Both the position numbers and the translations under genes were made by a program. A DNA stretch of 60,581 nucleotides from the NCBI GenBank assembly GCA_902595195.1, contig CACJPC010000004.1:1-60581 (forward strand), read 5' to 3'. This DNA comes from an uncultured Candidatus Actinomarina sp. (GTDB lineage: Bacteria > Actinomycetota > Acidimicrobiia > Actinomarinales > Actinomarinaceae). The notes beneath the pieces are model-generated. The model saw only the letters and a program-made list of their open reading frames with translations. It did not search any database and was not told the origin of the DNA. Of this stretch, positions 28,615 through 38,260 are shown piece after piece; the first letter of the stretch is position 1, and each line of letters opens with the position of its first letter.

Positions 28615-28830
28615 TTAAAAATCTTCTTGATTTTCTTCTTGATCTTTAAATTTTGGATCGTACTTTTTAAAAAAATCTTTAATTTTGTTTTCTAAATCTT
28701 CAGTTTCCAAATTAGCTAATTCATTTCTAAGTTTCTTAATTTGAATCTTGATATCAACATTTTCATCCATAAGTCTTAAAACATACCTGAACCCAAGTAT
28801 CACTACAACAAATTTTAAGATTTTCTTCAT
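28615..28830 (-). CDS. Small membrane-anchored coiled-coil protein
   Basis: N-terminal hydrophobic segment and heptad-like tail. Confidence 0.6.
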   Translation of the reverse strand: MKKILKFVVVILGFRYVLRLMDENVDIKIQIKKLRNELANLETEDLENKIKDFFKKYDPKFKDQEENQEDF

Positions 28831-28921
28831 AAATGCATCATAAATACAAACTTAATTTAAAAAAAGGGTTTTTTGCTCAAATTGACACTGGAGTTAATTG
28901 TTTACCTCAAGTAAACTTATT

Positions 28922-29662
28922 ATGATGCAAGAAATACTAAGTAACCTCGTCGCTGAACAGCAATTATTAGATCAATATCTTCAGAGTATTCCTGTTAGAA
29001 ATTGGAATACAAAAACTACATACAAAAATTGGGACATTACAGCACATGTTAGTTATCTTGCAGCTCTTGAAGATCTTGCTAACAATGCTCTAAAGAAAAA
29101 AGGTACTGATTTTAACAAATATAGAGGACCTAAGGGTTTAGAGAAATTTGAAAAAGAAGCAATCAAAAAAGGCAGTGATATGAGACCACAAGATGTTATT
29201 GAATGGTGGAGAATGTCTAGAGCTTCTGTTATTGAAATATTAGCTAAGTCTTCTCCTGGTAAGAAATTAACTTGGTGGAAAAATGAAATCGATTGTAGAA
29301 CGTTCGCAGTTACAAAATTAGCTGAAACATGGGCGCACAGTTTAGATGTTTATGATGCAATGAAAAAAGACTATGAAGACACTGTACGAGTTGAACATGT
29401 AGCTCTTTTTGGATGGTTAAATGCAGAACAAGCAAGTAAAGTTAATAAAGCTAAATATCAAGATCTAAGAATAGAACTAATCGGACCTGAATACAAAGCT
29501 TGGCAATTTGGAGACGAGCAAAGTGAAAACAGTATAAAAGGAAATGCAAGTGACTGGTGCAGGGTTGTCACTGGTAGGGTTCCTAAAGGTCATAAACTTA
29601 CACTTTCAACTGAAGGTGATTTTGCTAAAAAATTCCTTAAATTTGATCACGTAAAAATATAA
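28922..29662 (+). CDS. Maleylpyruvate isomerase-family (MDMPI, TIGR03084-like) protein
   Basis: LVAEQ..LD, WDITAHV, AETWAHSLDV, RIELIGP..W.FG. Confidence 0.75.
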   Translation: MMQEILSNLVAEQQLLDQYLQSIPVRNWNTKTTYKNWDITAHVSYLAALEDLANNALKKKGTDFNKYRGPKGLEKFEKEAIKKGSDMRPQDVIEWWRMSRASVIEILAKSSPGKKLTWWKNEIDCRTFAVTKLAETWAHSLDVYDAMKKDYEDTVRVEHVALFGWLNAEQASKVNKAKYQDLRIELIGPEYKAWQFGDEQSENSIKGNASDWCRVVTGRVPKGHKLTLSTEGDFAKKFLKFDHVKI

Positions 29663-30423
29663 TGAAAGTTTATGGGGTAGTTCACTTAAAAAGCCTTCCT
29701 GGCTCCCCTTCTAATAGATTGTCTATTGATGAAATTATTGACGCTGCTCAAGAGGATGTAAATAGCTTGGTTTATGGTGGTGTTGATGGAATCATAATTG
29801 AAAATTTTGGAGATACACCATTTGTAAAAAATGATATTTCTAAACGTACACTTGCAAGCTTCACTACAGTTGTAGAAAATCTATCAATAGAACGAGATAT
29901 CAAAGTTGGAATAAATGTTTTAAGAAATGACGGTTTAGCAGCTCTTGCAATTGCCGAAGCGACTAAATCTCAGTTTGTAAGAATTAATGTTTTAAATAAT
30001 ACTATGTATACCGATCAAGGCGTTATAGAAGGCGATGCTCACGAAGTTAATCAGTTTAAATCAAGCCTTAATAGCTATGTAGAAATATATGCTGATGTAT
30101 TTGTAAAACATGCTGTACCTCCTCCCGGTTCAAAAATTGAAAACCATGCAGATGAGTTGATTCATAGAGCTGGTGCAGATGTAGTGATTGTTACTGGAGA
30201 TGGGACTGGACATGAAATAAATCTTGAAGATTTACAAAAAGTAAGAAACATAGTCCCAACTGGAAAACTAGCTATTGGATCTGGGGTGACTTCAACAAAT
30301 GTTGACGCTTATCAAGATTTGGCAGACATACTGATTGTAGGTACAAGTTTTAAATTTGATAATGATGTTGCTAAAAAAGTTGACATCAACAGAGTTGAAG
30401 AGTTAGTAAGAAAAATAAAATAA
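29662..30423 (+). CDS. BtpA/SgcQ family protein
   Basis: GVVHLKSLPGSP, IENFGDTPF, GINVLRND, ADVFVKHA, IVTGDGTG. Confidence 0.92.
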   Translation: MKVYGVVHLKSLPGSPSNRLSIDEIIDAAQEDVNSLVYGGVDGIIIENFGDTPFVKNDISKRTLASFTTVVENLSIERDIKVGINVLRNDGLAALAIAEATKSQFVRINVLNNTMYTDQGVIEGDAHEVNQFKSSLNSYVEIYADVFVKHAVPPPGSKIENHADELIHRAGADVVIVTGDGTGHEINLEDLQKVRNIVPTGKLAIGSGVTSTNVDAYQDLADILIVGTSFKFDNDVAKKVDINRVEELVRKIK

Positions 30424-30473
30424 TTTTTATTACTACAATACAAATCTATTACCTAACTATCATTTTTATTTGA

Positions 30474-31412
30474 ATGGAAGCAATACTTAATCCAGCACTA
30501 CTATTATTCCTTTCAGGAATTCTGATTGGAATTTTATTTAAATTAATCCTTCCAAACTCTATTTCTAAATACTTGGGTTACTATTTACTTCTTTCGTTAG
30601 GGCTTAAAGGTGGTTCAAGCCTTCAAGAAAATGGCTTTATAAATGAAGTTATCAGTGCATTAACACTGGGTGTAGTATTTGCTCTTTTAATTCCATTTAT
30701 TGCTTATTTTTATCTTAAAAATTTACTTAATAGCGATGATGCTGCCGCACTCTCTGGCACTTATGGATCAGTAAGTGCTGTTACTTTTGTGACAGCAATT
30801 GCATATCTATCAACTACTAATCAAGAGTTTGATAACTACATGTCTGCTGTTTTGGTTGTAATGGAGTTTCCGGCAATATTTATGGCACTTTATTTAGTAA
30901 CCCATAATAAGCAAAATAAAGGGAATAATTTAGAAACTATAAAAACAGCATTTTTAGAAATACCAAATATTATTTTGATCTCATCATTGTTTATTGGATA
31001 TTTTCTAAATAAAACACTTTTATCTAATTTAGATTTCATAATTGTTGAAATATTTGATTATGTTTTGTACGTATTTTTATTTGTTATGGGAACAAGAGTT
31101 GCTAAAAGAATTGGAGAACTTAAAGGTAAAGGAGCTAGCCTTATTGCTTTTGCTTTACTCACACCATTAATGGGTTCACTCATCGCTTTACTGGCATCCC
31201 TAAACTTTAATTTTTCTGTGGGCAATGCAACATTACTTATGGTGTTAACTGCAAGTGCTAGCTATATTGCAGTACCAGCGGTTGTAAAAGATGCCATACC
31301 CAACGCAAATCCAGCTATATACCTTGGACTCAGTTTAGGTATCACATTTCCATTTAATATCATTGTTGGAATACCTTTGTATAACGAATTAGCCAAATAC
31401 TTTATTGGCTGA
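30474..31412 (+). CDS. sbtA: Sodium-dependent bicarbonate transporter, SbtA family
   Basis: LGLKGG, YGSVSAVTF, VMEFPAI, SASYIAVPA, SLGITFPFNI. Confidence 0.88.
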   Translation: MEAILNPALLLFLSGILIGILFKLILPNSISKYLGYYLLLSLGLKGGSSLQENGFINEVISALTLGVVFALLIPFIAYFYLKNLLNSDDAAALSGTYGSVSAVTFVTAIAYLSTTNQEFDNYMSAVLVVMEFPAIFMALYLVTHNKQNKGNNLETIKTAFLEIPNIILISSLFIGYFLNKTLLSNLDFIIVEIFDYVLYVFLFVMGTRVAKRIGELKGKGASLIAFALLTPLMGSLIALLASLNFNFSVGNATLLMVLTASASYIAVPAVVKDAIPNANPAIYLGLSLGITFPFNIIVGIPLYNELAKYFIG

Positions 31413-32120
31413 TTAGAGAAGGAACCCTCCGTCGATGGTTACAACCTCACCCGTAATCCAAGATGCATCATCACTTGAAAGAAAGTAAATCAAACTAGCT
31501 ATATCTTCCGGTTCTCCTAGTTTTTTAAGAGCATGAAGGTCAGCACTTCCCTGCTCATCCCCTGCCCAGAGCATTTCTGAAAGCTTAGTTTTAACCACAG
31601 CTGGAGCAATGCCATTAACTCTGATGTCAGGAGCAAGTTCCATTGCTAATTGTTTTGTCATATAAATTAATCCTGCTTTTGAAATATTGTAAGCTCCCAT
31701 ATAGTGTGCTGGTTTTATTCCACCAACAGAACAAACATTCAGAACCGATTCTTTTAATCCGGCTTTTACAGCTTCTCTTGTCCACATTAAAGGACCCATT
31801 AAATTTACATCCCATGTTTTCTGCACTGCAGATAAATCAACATCAAGCAAGCTACCGCCGGAAGGATTTGTACCAGCATTGTTAATTAAAACATCTAAAG
31901 AACCTGTTTCATCAAGGATTTTTTCACAAGTTTCAGTTGCAGCAGCAAGATCATCTGCTCTTGCAACAAAACCCTTTAACTGTGAATTTTTAGAAAGTAC
32001 TGCTTCTAGATTTTCTTCTTTTCTAGATGTGATGTAAACATTCCATCCTTGATCAATAAATTTTTGAGCAGTGGAAAGACCTATACCTCTCGTTCCCCCG
32101 GTTACAAGTGCCGTTTTCAT
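31413..32120 (-). CDS. Short-chain dehydrogenase/reductase
   Basis: VTGGTRGIG, INNAG, YNISK; start at MKTA. Confidence 0.93.
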   Translation of the reverse strand: MKTALVTGGTRGIGLSTAQKFIDQGWNVYITSRKEENLEAVLSKNSQLKGFVARADDLAAATETCEKILDETGSLDVLINNAGTNPSGGSLLDVDLSAVQKTWDVNLMGPLMWTREAVKAGLKESVLNVCSVGGIKPAHYMGAYNISKAGLIYMTKQLAMELAPDIRVNGIAPAVVKTKLSEMLWAGDEQGSADLHALKKLGEPEDIASLIYFLSSDDASWITGEVVTIDGGFLL

Positions 32121-32172
32121 TATTGTTAAAGTATAGTAGTTATTTCTCAATTCAGTTACAGTTGAACTGCAA

Positions 32173-33393
32173 ATGGAAAATTTTCAAAAATATAGAGTAC
32201 TTCTCACGCAAAACCAAAACTTCCGTAAACTTTTTGCTGCCCGTTTAATAACATTAGGTGGAGACTGGTTATTAACCGTGCCTCTATTAGGTATAATTTA
32301 CGAGTTAACTGAAAATCCATTTATCACCTCTCTTGTGTTAGTGGTTCAGAGTGCGCCACTATTTATGCTTGGAAGCTTTGGTGGTTACTTAGCAGATAGA
32401 TTTGATAGAAAAAAAATAATCGCAATTTCAGAGTTCTTATCAGGAATGACAGTGTTGTTAATTCTTTACGCAGTAACAACTGAAAATGTCGCATTTATTT
32501 TGTTTTCATTTGGATTGCTATCCGTTGTTGGTTCTCCATACATGCCAACTTCTGATGCAGCTTTGCCAAACGTTGTCAAAAAGGAAAATTTAGCTGAGGC
32601 AAATGTTATATTTTTTTCAAGTTGGGGTGTGATGGCCGGTCTAGGTGCTGGTCTTGGAGGATACTTAACAACAGTAATCAGCAGAAATTTGTTATTTGCA
32701 ATCGATAGTTTAACCTTTGTTCTTTCAGCTTTAATTGTCTTCTCAATAAATAAAAATTTGAGCGAAAAATCTCAAGATAAAGATGAAGAAGAAGATATTA
32801 GTTATAAAGAAGGTCTTAAATACGCTGCATCTAAGAGAGAAATTTTTTCCTTAATTATTACAAAAGCAACATTTAGTATCTCAGCTAGCGGTTTACTTTC
32901 TTTGTTTACTGTTCTGTCATATGATATTTATAAAACTGGAGACTTTGGAACGGGCCTTATGTTCGGTGCAAGAGGCGTTGGTGCACTTATTGGACCAATT
33001 GCGATTAGATATTTTTTTGGAAGCACAGATGGAAAACTGCTGAATACAATCGGCATAACTATCATGGCTTGGGGTTTGTTTTATTTCTTTATACCGTTCT
33101 CAATATCTCTATATCTAACAGTGTTGTTATTAATCCTTGGACACTCTGGTGGTGGATCTCAGTGGGCATTTTCTACATATGGACTACAAGTACTCACGCC
33201 AGATAGGCTCAGGGGAAGAATTGCTGGGATTGATTACTCACTTTATTTTCTAATGAATACAATTTCTACTCTTATGATTGGATACCTTGCAACTGTATAT
33301 GGTGTACTTTTTGTCTTTAAACTGTTTCCAGTAATAGGATTTTTATTCGGATTTGTCTGGTATTTATCCACAAGAAACATATGGAAGAATTAA
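32173..33393 (+). CDS. MFS transporter
   Basis: GYLADRFDRKK motif A, multiple TM helices, LRGRI. Confidence 0.9.
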   Translation: MENFQKYRVLLTQNQNFRKLFAARLITLGGDWLLTVPLLGIIYELTENPFITSLVLVVQSAPLFMLGSFGGYLADRFDRKKIIAISEFLSGMTVLLILYAVTTENVAFILFSFGLLSVVGSPYMPTSDAALPNVVKKENLAEANVIFFSSWGVMAGLGAGLGGYLTTVISRNLLFAIDSLTFVLSALIVFSINKNLSEKSQDKDEEEDISYKEGLKYAASKREIFSLIITKATFSISASGLLSLFTVLSYDIYKTGDFGTGLMFGARGVGALIGPIAIRYFFGSTDGKLLNTIGITIMAWGLFYFFIPFSISLYLTVLLLILGHSGGGSQWAFSTYGLQVLTPDRLRGRIAGIDYSLYFLMNTISTLMIGYLATVYGVLFVFKLFPVIGFLFGFVWYLSTRNIWKN

Positions 33394-33414
33394 GATAAAT
33401 CCTAAAAAAGTTCA

Positions 33415-34278
33415 TCACATGGAAAAAAGATTTTTTCCTTCAAATTTTTTTGTACCATTCACATAGCTAAAGTACTTTCTGCATTCACAAGATTGATACT
33501 CTATGTCAATAGGATAAAACTCTCTTTTAGCTTCAGGCCAATACTCTCTTTGAAGTTCTATCATTTTAAGGCCTACATCTTGGTGGCTATTTAAATTAAG
33601 AAAATTTTGGAGCCTATCTAAATATGGTTCTGCACCAATGCCAGTTGGAACATCAGTGGTAATTGGTATAACATCTTCTCTAAACCAGGCAATATCTATC
33701 AAAGCCATAAATATTGGGAAGTCATTATTCATCCTAAATTGCTTATTTACATTGTTTGTAGCAGTAATAGCATCTCTATTAGAATTTAAAACTATTTCAG
33801 CTAACTCTTCTTTTTTTTCGTAAAATTTGTATGTGGCTGCATCTATACGGCTATACAAATTATCATTCCAATAGGAATCTTCTACTGGGTATGCTGTGAA
33901 ATTCTCCCACTGCTCTAATCCAAGAAGTCTCTCTTTTAAAGCTTCTGGATTATCTAAATCATTTATCGTTAACTGATCAATAGTTAAATCTCTGTTGCAC
34001 CACCTACTAAAAAATAAAGCTTGGATTAATGAAGGTAAGTCATCTTTTGCTGGTTCAGCAAATTTAATAATGGATTTACTTACTTTGTCATCTTCTCTAA
34101 AAACATTTAGAAAACGACCTTTTTGTAAAATTGGATCATCGCTCCAAGGATATGCTTCTCCTGACTCTCTTTTTACACGTACAGCTTCACGTCTCTTACA
34201 GTAATCAAAAAAGCTTTGTACTGGGTCCTCTATTTCAAGACCATCTAATGAGTGTGCATATGGATTCTCTAAAACCAT
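33415..34278 (-). CDS. alpha-glutamyl/putrescinyl thymine pyrophosphorylase clade 1 (aGPT-Pplase1)-like protein
   Basis: FFDYCKRRE...G...PWSDDPILQKGRFLNVFREDDKVS and DIEYQSCECRKY match this family's signature as I recall it. Confidence 0.75.
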   Translation of the reverse strand: MVLENPYAHSLDGLEIEDPVQSFFDYCKRREAVRVKRESGEAYPWSDDPILQKGRFLNVFREDDKVSKSIIKFAEPAKDDLPSLIQALFFSRWCNRDLTIDQLTINDLDNPEALKERLLGLEQWENFTAYPVEDSYWNDNLYSRIDAATYKFYEKKEELAEIVLNSNRDAITATNNVNKQFRMNNDFPIFMALIDIAWFREDVIPITTDVPTGIGAEPYLDRLQNFLNLNSHQDVGLKMIELQREYWPEAKREFYPIDIEYQSCECRKYFSYVNGTKKFEGKNLFSM

Positions 34279-34312
34279 AACTTTAATTTAAACAGATTAC
34301 TTCATACTTTTC

Positions 34313-35578
34313 TTACTTCACAACTGGTATTTGAAGCATATTTGTTGTGTAAGCAGCAGACTTTCTTTCCGACTTCATTCTCCAGTCTTTTTTTATACCC
34401 TGTGCTCCCAGTGTCAATGTGCTTGATCCATACCTGCTGTTAACGCCATCCAGTACCTCCATTACACGGTCTGATTGATCGTAGTTCTCATATTCATAAA
34501 AACTATACTGTTCGTTCTCTGCGTCGGTGATGTCTAGCAGCATTACACCAATTTTCTGGTATTCATATCCGTACACAAAGAGTTTTCGTGTTAGATGTTT
34601 TGCTTCTTTGACTATCTTTGACGTATTGCTTGTTGGTATTGAAAAAAATGTGCTCATACCGTTGCTGTATCTTTTCTCTGGATCGACAAATGGACTAGTT
34701 CTTAAAAATACATACAAGCCTTGTGCTCTAGAACCCTGTACTCTTAACTTCTCACATGCTCTAGCAACATAGTTAGAAACAGCTTCCTCTAACTCACTTA
34801 CTAGCATTACTTTTCTACCAAATGACTTAGAGGATATGATGTTTTTCTTATTCTTCACCTCTTCTATGCCAATACAGGAAATCCCATTCAGCTCATGATG
34901 TATCCTCTCCCCTACAATGCTTATCGTTTTTCTGACATGACGAGCATTTGCCTGTGTTAAATCGTAAGCAGTATCTACTCCAATTTTTCGAAGCCTTCTT
35001 CCCCATCTTGTCGAGATTCCCCATATCTCTTCAAGTGGTAGATCTTTTAAAATCTCGTCTCTTACGCTCTGATCTCGTATATCGAAGATATTAGATGTTG
35101 TGTATTTTTTAGCTTGTCTGTTTGCTACTTTTGCCAATGTCTTTGTTGGGCCTATACCTATAGAAACTGGAATCCCTGTCCACTGTTTGATTAATCTTCG
35201 TATTTCTTGAGCCGTCTCTTCTAAATCACAGTAGTAAAAGCTACTGATATCGAGAAACGCTTCATCAATAGAGTAAATCTCTATATCGCTGGCAAGAGAT
35301 TTCAGTGAAGTCATCACTCTGGCCGACATATCACCATAAAAAGTGTAGTTTGATGAAAATACATGAACTTTGTTTCTATTGATAAGTTGTTTGTATTTAA
35401 AGTACGGGGCTCCCATCGGTATGCCTAAAGCTTTTGCTTCGTTTGATCTAGCAACAACACATCCATCATTGTTAGACAAAACAACAATGGGCTTTCCTTC
35501 TAGCTTTGGGTTGAATACTCTCTCACAAGACGCATAAAAGTTATTACAGTCCACTAGGGCAAAAATTTTATTATTCAC
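34313..35578 (-). CDS. umuC: Y-family DNA polymerase V catalytic subunit
   Basis: [28 protein letters not shown]-terminal WRMK..RKS..YTT. Confidence 0.95.
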   Translation of the reverse strand: MNNKIFALVDCNNFYASCERVFNPKLEGKPIVVLSNNDGCVVARSNEAKALGIPMGAPYFKYKQLINRNKVHVFSSNYTFYGDMSARVMTSLKSLASDIEIYSIDEAFLDISSFYYCDLEETAQEIRRLIKQWTGIPVSIGIGPTKTLAKVANRQAKKYTTSNIFDIRDQSVRDEILKDLPLEEIWGISTRWGRRLRKIGVDTAYDLTQANARHVRKTISIVGERIHHELNGISCIGIEEVKNKKNIISSKSFGRKVMLVSELEEAVSNYVARACEKLRVQGSRAQGLYVFLRTSPFVDPEKRYSNGMSTFFSIPTSNTSKIVKEAKHLTRKLFVYGYEYQKIGVMLLDITDAENEQYSFYEYENYDQSDRVMEVLDGVNSRYGSSTLTLGAQGIKKDWRMKSERKSAAYTTNMLQIPVVK

Positions 35579-35592
35579 TTACTTACTCCTTT

Positions 35593-35610
35593 GAATACTG
35601 TACACTATTC
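35593..35610. promoter_or_regulatory. Palindromic operator candidate between divergent umuC and umuD
   Basis: GAATAcTGTACAcTATTC, 16 of 18 positions symmetric. Confidence 0.45.
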
Positions 35611-35628
35611 TAAGAAAAAAGAAAGACA
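35607..35628 (-). promoter_or_regulatory. TGTC-N12-TAGAAT promoter (RecA-NDp/PafBC-like) of umuC
   Basis: Minus strand TGTCtttcttttttctTAGAAT. Confidence 0.5.
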
Positions 35629-35633
35629 TTTTT

Positions 35634-36149
35634 ATGCCACGAGGTGGAGCAAGAAAAGGAGCCGGTAGACCAAAAGGTCAAGGCAAGTATGGAGAGCAGA
35701 CAAAAGCTGTCCGTATTCCTGTAAGTAAGGTTAAGTATATCTCTGAGGTCATCAACAAAGGGCTGTATGAAGTACCAATGTATAGTAATAAAGTTGCAGC
35801 TGGATTCCCATCCCCTGCAGACGACTATTTAGAAGACAAAATAGATTTAAACCAATATTTAGTCAAGCATCCTGCATCAACATTTTTAGTAAGAGCTTCT
35901 GGAGAATCAATGATCAATGCTGGAATATTTCCTGACGATATCTTAGTTGTAGATAGAAGCTTAAAAGCTGAAGATGGAAAAGTAGTTATTGCTGTTGTAG
36001 ATAATGAACTTACAGTGAAAAGATATCGTAAAAAAGGTAAAAGAATCATTTTAGAACCAGAAAATGAAGCGTTTGATCCAATTATCATTGCAGATGAAAG
36101 TGAAGCATTTGTTTGGGGTGTTGTAACAAACGTCATTCATAATCTGTAA
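35634..36149 (+). CDS. umuD: UmuD-like S24 peptidase with basic N-terminal extension
   Basis: VAAGFPSPADDY, GESM, TVKR; N-terminal MPRGGARKGAGRPKG. Confidence 0.92.
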   Translation: MPRGGARKGAGRPKGQGKYGEQTKAVRIPVSKVKYISEVINKGLYEVPMYSNKVAAGFPSPADDYLEDKIDLNQYLVKHPASTFLVRASGESMINAGIFPDDILVVDRSLKAEDGKVVIAVVDNELTVKRYRKKGKRIILEPENEAFDPIIIADESEAFVWGVVTNVIHNL

Positions 36150-36158
36150 AATAAAAGT

Positions 36159-37058
36159 ATGGTAAATATACTACAAAACAGTCCTTCAGATTTTGAAGAC
36201 ATTAAAGAATGGGATTATAAAGAATATTTCTACACATTAAATACTGAGTACGGAGATTTAAGAATTCATTATATAGATGAGGGATCAGAAAATGATAAAA
36301 CAGTACTATTACTTCATGGAGAACCTGACTGGGGTTATATCTATAGAAAATTTATTGATCCTTTAGTTGAGAATAATTTAAGGGTTATTGTTCCAGATCT
36401 TCCTGGTTTTGGTAAGTCAGACAAACTATCTGAAAGAACGGCTTACACATATGAAAAATATGTAGCGTGGATGAATGCTTGGCTACGGGATTTAAATCTA
36501 AACAACATAACTCTGTTTGGACAAGACTGGGGTGGATTAATCGGCTTAAGACTTGTTGTAGAAAACCAAGATAAATTTGATAGTGTAGTTTTAAGTAATA
36601 CTGGACTACCAACAGGTGATGTACCACCGGGTGAAGCATTTGAAAGCTGGAAAAGTTACTCCCAGACAGTAGAAAATTTCCATGCTGGAGGAATTGTAAA
36701 AGGTGGTACCGTCAACGGTCTAGAGCAATATGTAATCGATGCTTATAACGCACCGTTTCCAGATGAGTCATATAAAGAAGCTGCAAGACAGTTTCCAATG
36801 TTAGTACCTGTTACACCAGATGATCCAAGTTCAGAAATTAACAGAAACGCATGGAAAGAATTAAAAAAATGGGACAAACCTTTTTTATGTGTTTTTAGTG
36901 AACAAGATCATGTATTCAAAGGTGTTGATAAAGCATTTACTAAAAATGTTCCCGGTTGTGAAAATCAACCGCACAAGACTATTCAAGGTGGACATTTTGT
37001 CCAAGAAGATAACCCAGAAGACTGTATTGAAGCAATATTAACTGTTGCTAAGAACTAA
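36159..37058 (+). CDS. Haloalkane dehalogenase (HLD-I type)
   Basis: LHGEPDWGY, PDLPGFGKSDK, GQDWGG, GHFVQED. Confidence 0.9.
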   Translation: MVNILQNSPSDFEDIKEWDYKEYFYTLNTEYGDLRIHYIDEGSENDKTVLLLHGEPDWGYIYRKFIDPLVENNLRVIVPDLPGFGKSDKLSERTAYTYEKYVAWMNAWLRDLNLNNITLFGQDWGGLIGLRLVVENQDKFDSVVLSNTGLPTGDVPPGEAFESWKSYSQTVENFHAGGIVKGGTVNGLEQYVIDAYNAPFPDESYKEAARQFPMLVPVTPDDPSSEINRNAWKELKKWDKPFLCVFSEQDHVFKGVDKAFTKNVPGCENQPHKTIQGGHFVQEDNPEDCIEAILTVAKN

Positions 37059-37746
37059 TCTTTGCCTTGCCCCAGTAGTTGTAACCAAGAAATTTTTGAG
37101 TTCCAGGAAGATATATATTATTTAAATCAAGAAATTGAAAACCACTATCTGAAATTAATTGTTCAATATTTCTGTTAGTGTGGCAACCGCCAGCTATTTT
37201 AGGATAAAAGAAGTCAGTTATATTTTGTATAAATGAAACTCTTTTGTTGGGCGATAATCCATGTTCACTAAATATAAATACACCGTCATCCTTTAAAACT
37301 CTTTTAATTTCATGCAGAGTTTTTTGCGGTTCTGGAATAGAACATAATGCATAAGTACTTACTACAGTATCAATAGAATCACTTTCTACTGATAAACTAC
37401 TTGCAGATTCAATTAAGAATTCAACATTTAAGTTATTCTTCTTTGCTCGTTTTTGAGCAATTTGATTTAGTTCTTCTGACGGATCAATGCCTAAAATACT
37501 TGTTACTTTTTGATTATCATAATGTTTTAGATTTGATCCAGGTCCTATTCCTATCTCTAAGACTTTACCGCTTGCTTCAGGAATAACCTTTTTTCTTTGG
37601 TAGTCTATCGGCCTTGAATTGCATGTTAAGTTGAGAACATAAGGCAGTATCTTTTTCTCATAGAATGATTTACTTATTAATCGAATAAGAGGAAATACAA
37701 TAAATAAAGAAATATTTGAAATCAATAAGTAGATATATTTCTTCAC
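37048..37746 (-). CDS. Class I SAM-dependent methyltransferase
   Basis: VLEIGIGPGSN, DTVVSTYALCSI, EHG, GGCH. Confidence 0.88.
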   Translation of the reverse strand: MKKYIYLLISNISLFIVFPLIRLISKSFYEKKILPYVLNLTCNSRPIDYQRKKVIPEASGKVLEIGIGPGSNLKHYDNQKVTSILGIDPSEELNQIAQKRAKKNNLNVEFLIESASSLSVESDSIDTVVSTYALCSIPEPQKTLHEIKRVLKDDGVFIFSEHGLSPNKRVSFIQNITDFFYPKIAGGCHTNRNIEQLISDSGFQFLDLNNIYLPGTQKFLGYNYWGKAKISS

Positions 37747-37750
37747 CTAC

Positions 37751-38260
37751 TTATTCGTGCCCTCCTCGGGGAACTCCCCCGTACTTCATGCGTGTATCCC
37801 CCATGTACGCTACTCTTTCTTCAGGTGTTAATGTTTTACAATTAATGATTTCACCAACAAACAAAGTATGGGTGCCAAAATCTATTTTTTGTTCGGTTTT
37901 AAGTTCTAACCAAACAGTTGCATTATCAAATATTGGAACTGAATTTTCAGTTAAAGTGACTGGCTCTTTATTTAAATAGCCTTCTGAATATTCTGCAGGC
38001 TTAGAAAATTTAACAAAAACTTTTGTGTACTCAGGTGAAAACATGTTGATAGTAAAAAAATCACTTTGATTCATTAAATTAAAAGTAACACTTTTATTAT
38101 CTATACCTACACCGATCAATGGTGGGTCCATACTAACTTGGGTTATCCAACTTGCAGTCATACCATTGAACTCTCCATTAGCGTGACTTCCAATTATGCC
38201 TAGTGGACTAGGAATCTTCCAAGTTGCTACATTAATACTTTCTGGTGTCAGATCATCCAT
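37751..38260 (-). CDS. Flavin reductase family protein
   Basis: NGMTASWITQVSMDPP, GTHTLFVGE. Confidence 0.88.
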   Translation of the reverse strand: MDDLTPESINVATWKIPSPLGIIGSHANGEFNGMTASWITQVSMDPPLIGVGIDNKSVTFNLMNQSDFFTINMFSPEYTKVFVKFSKPAEYSEGYLNKEPVTLTENSVPIFDNATVWLELKTEQKIDFGTHTLFVGEIINCKTLTPEERVAYMGDTRMKYGGVPRGGHE

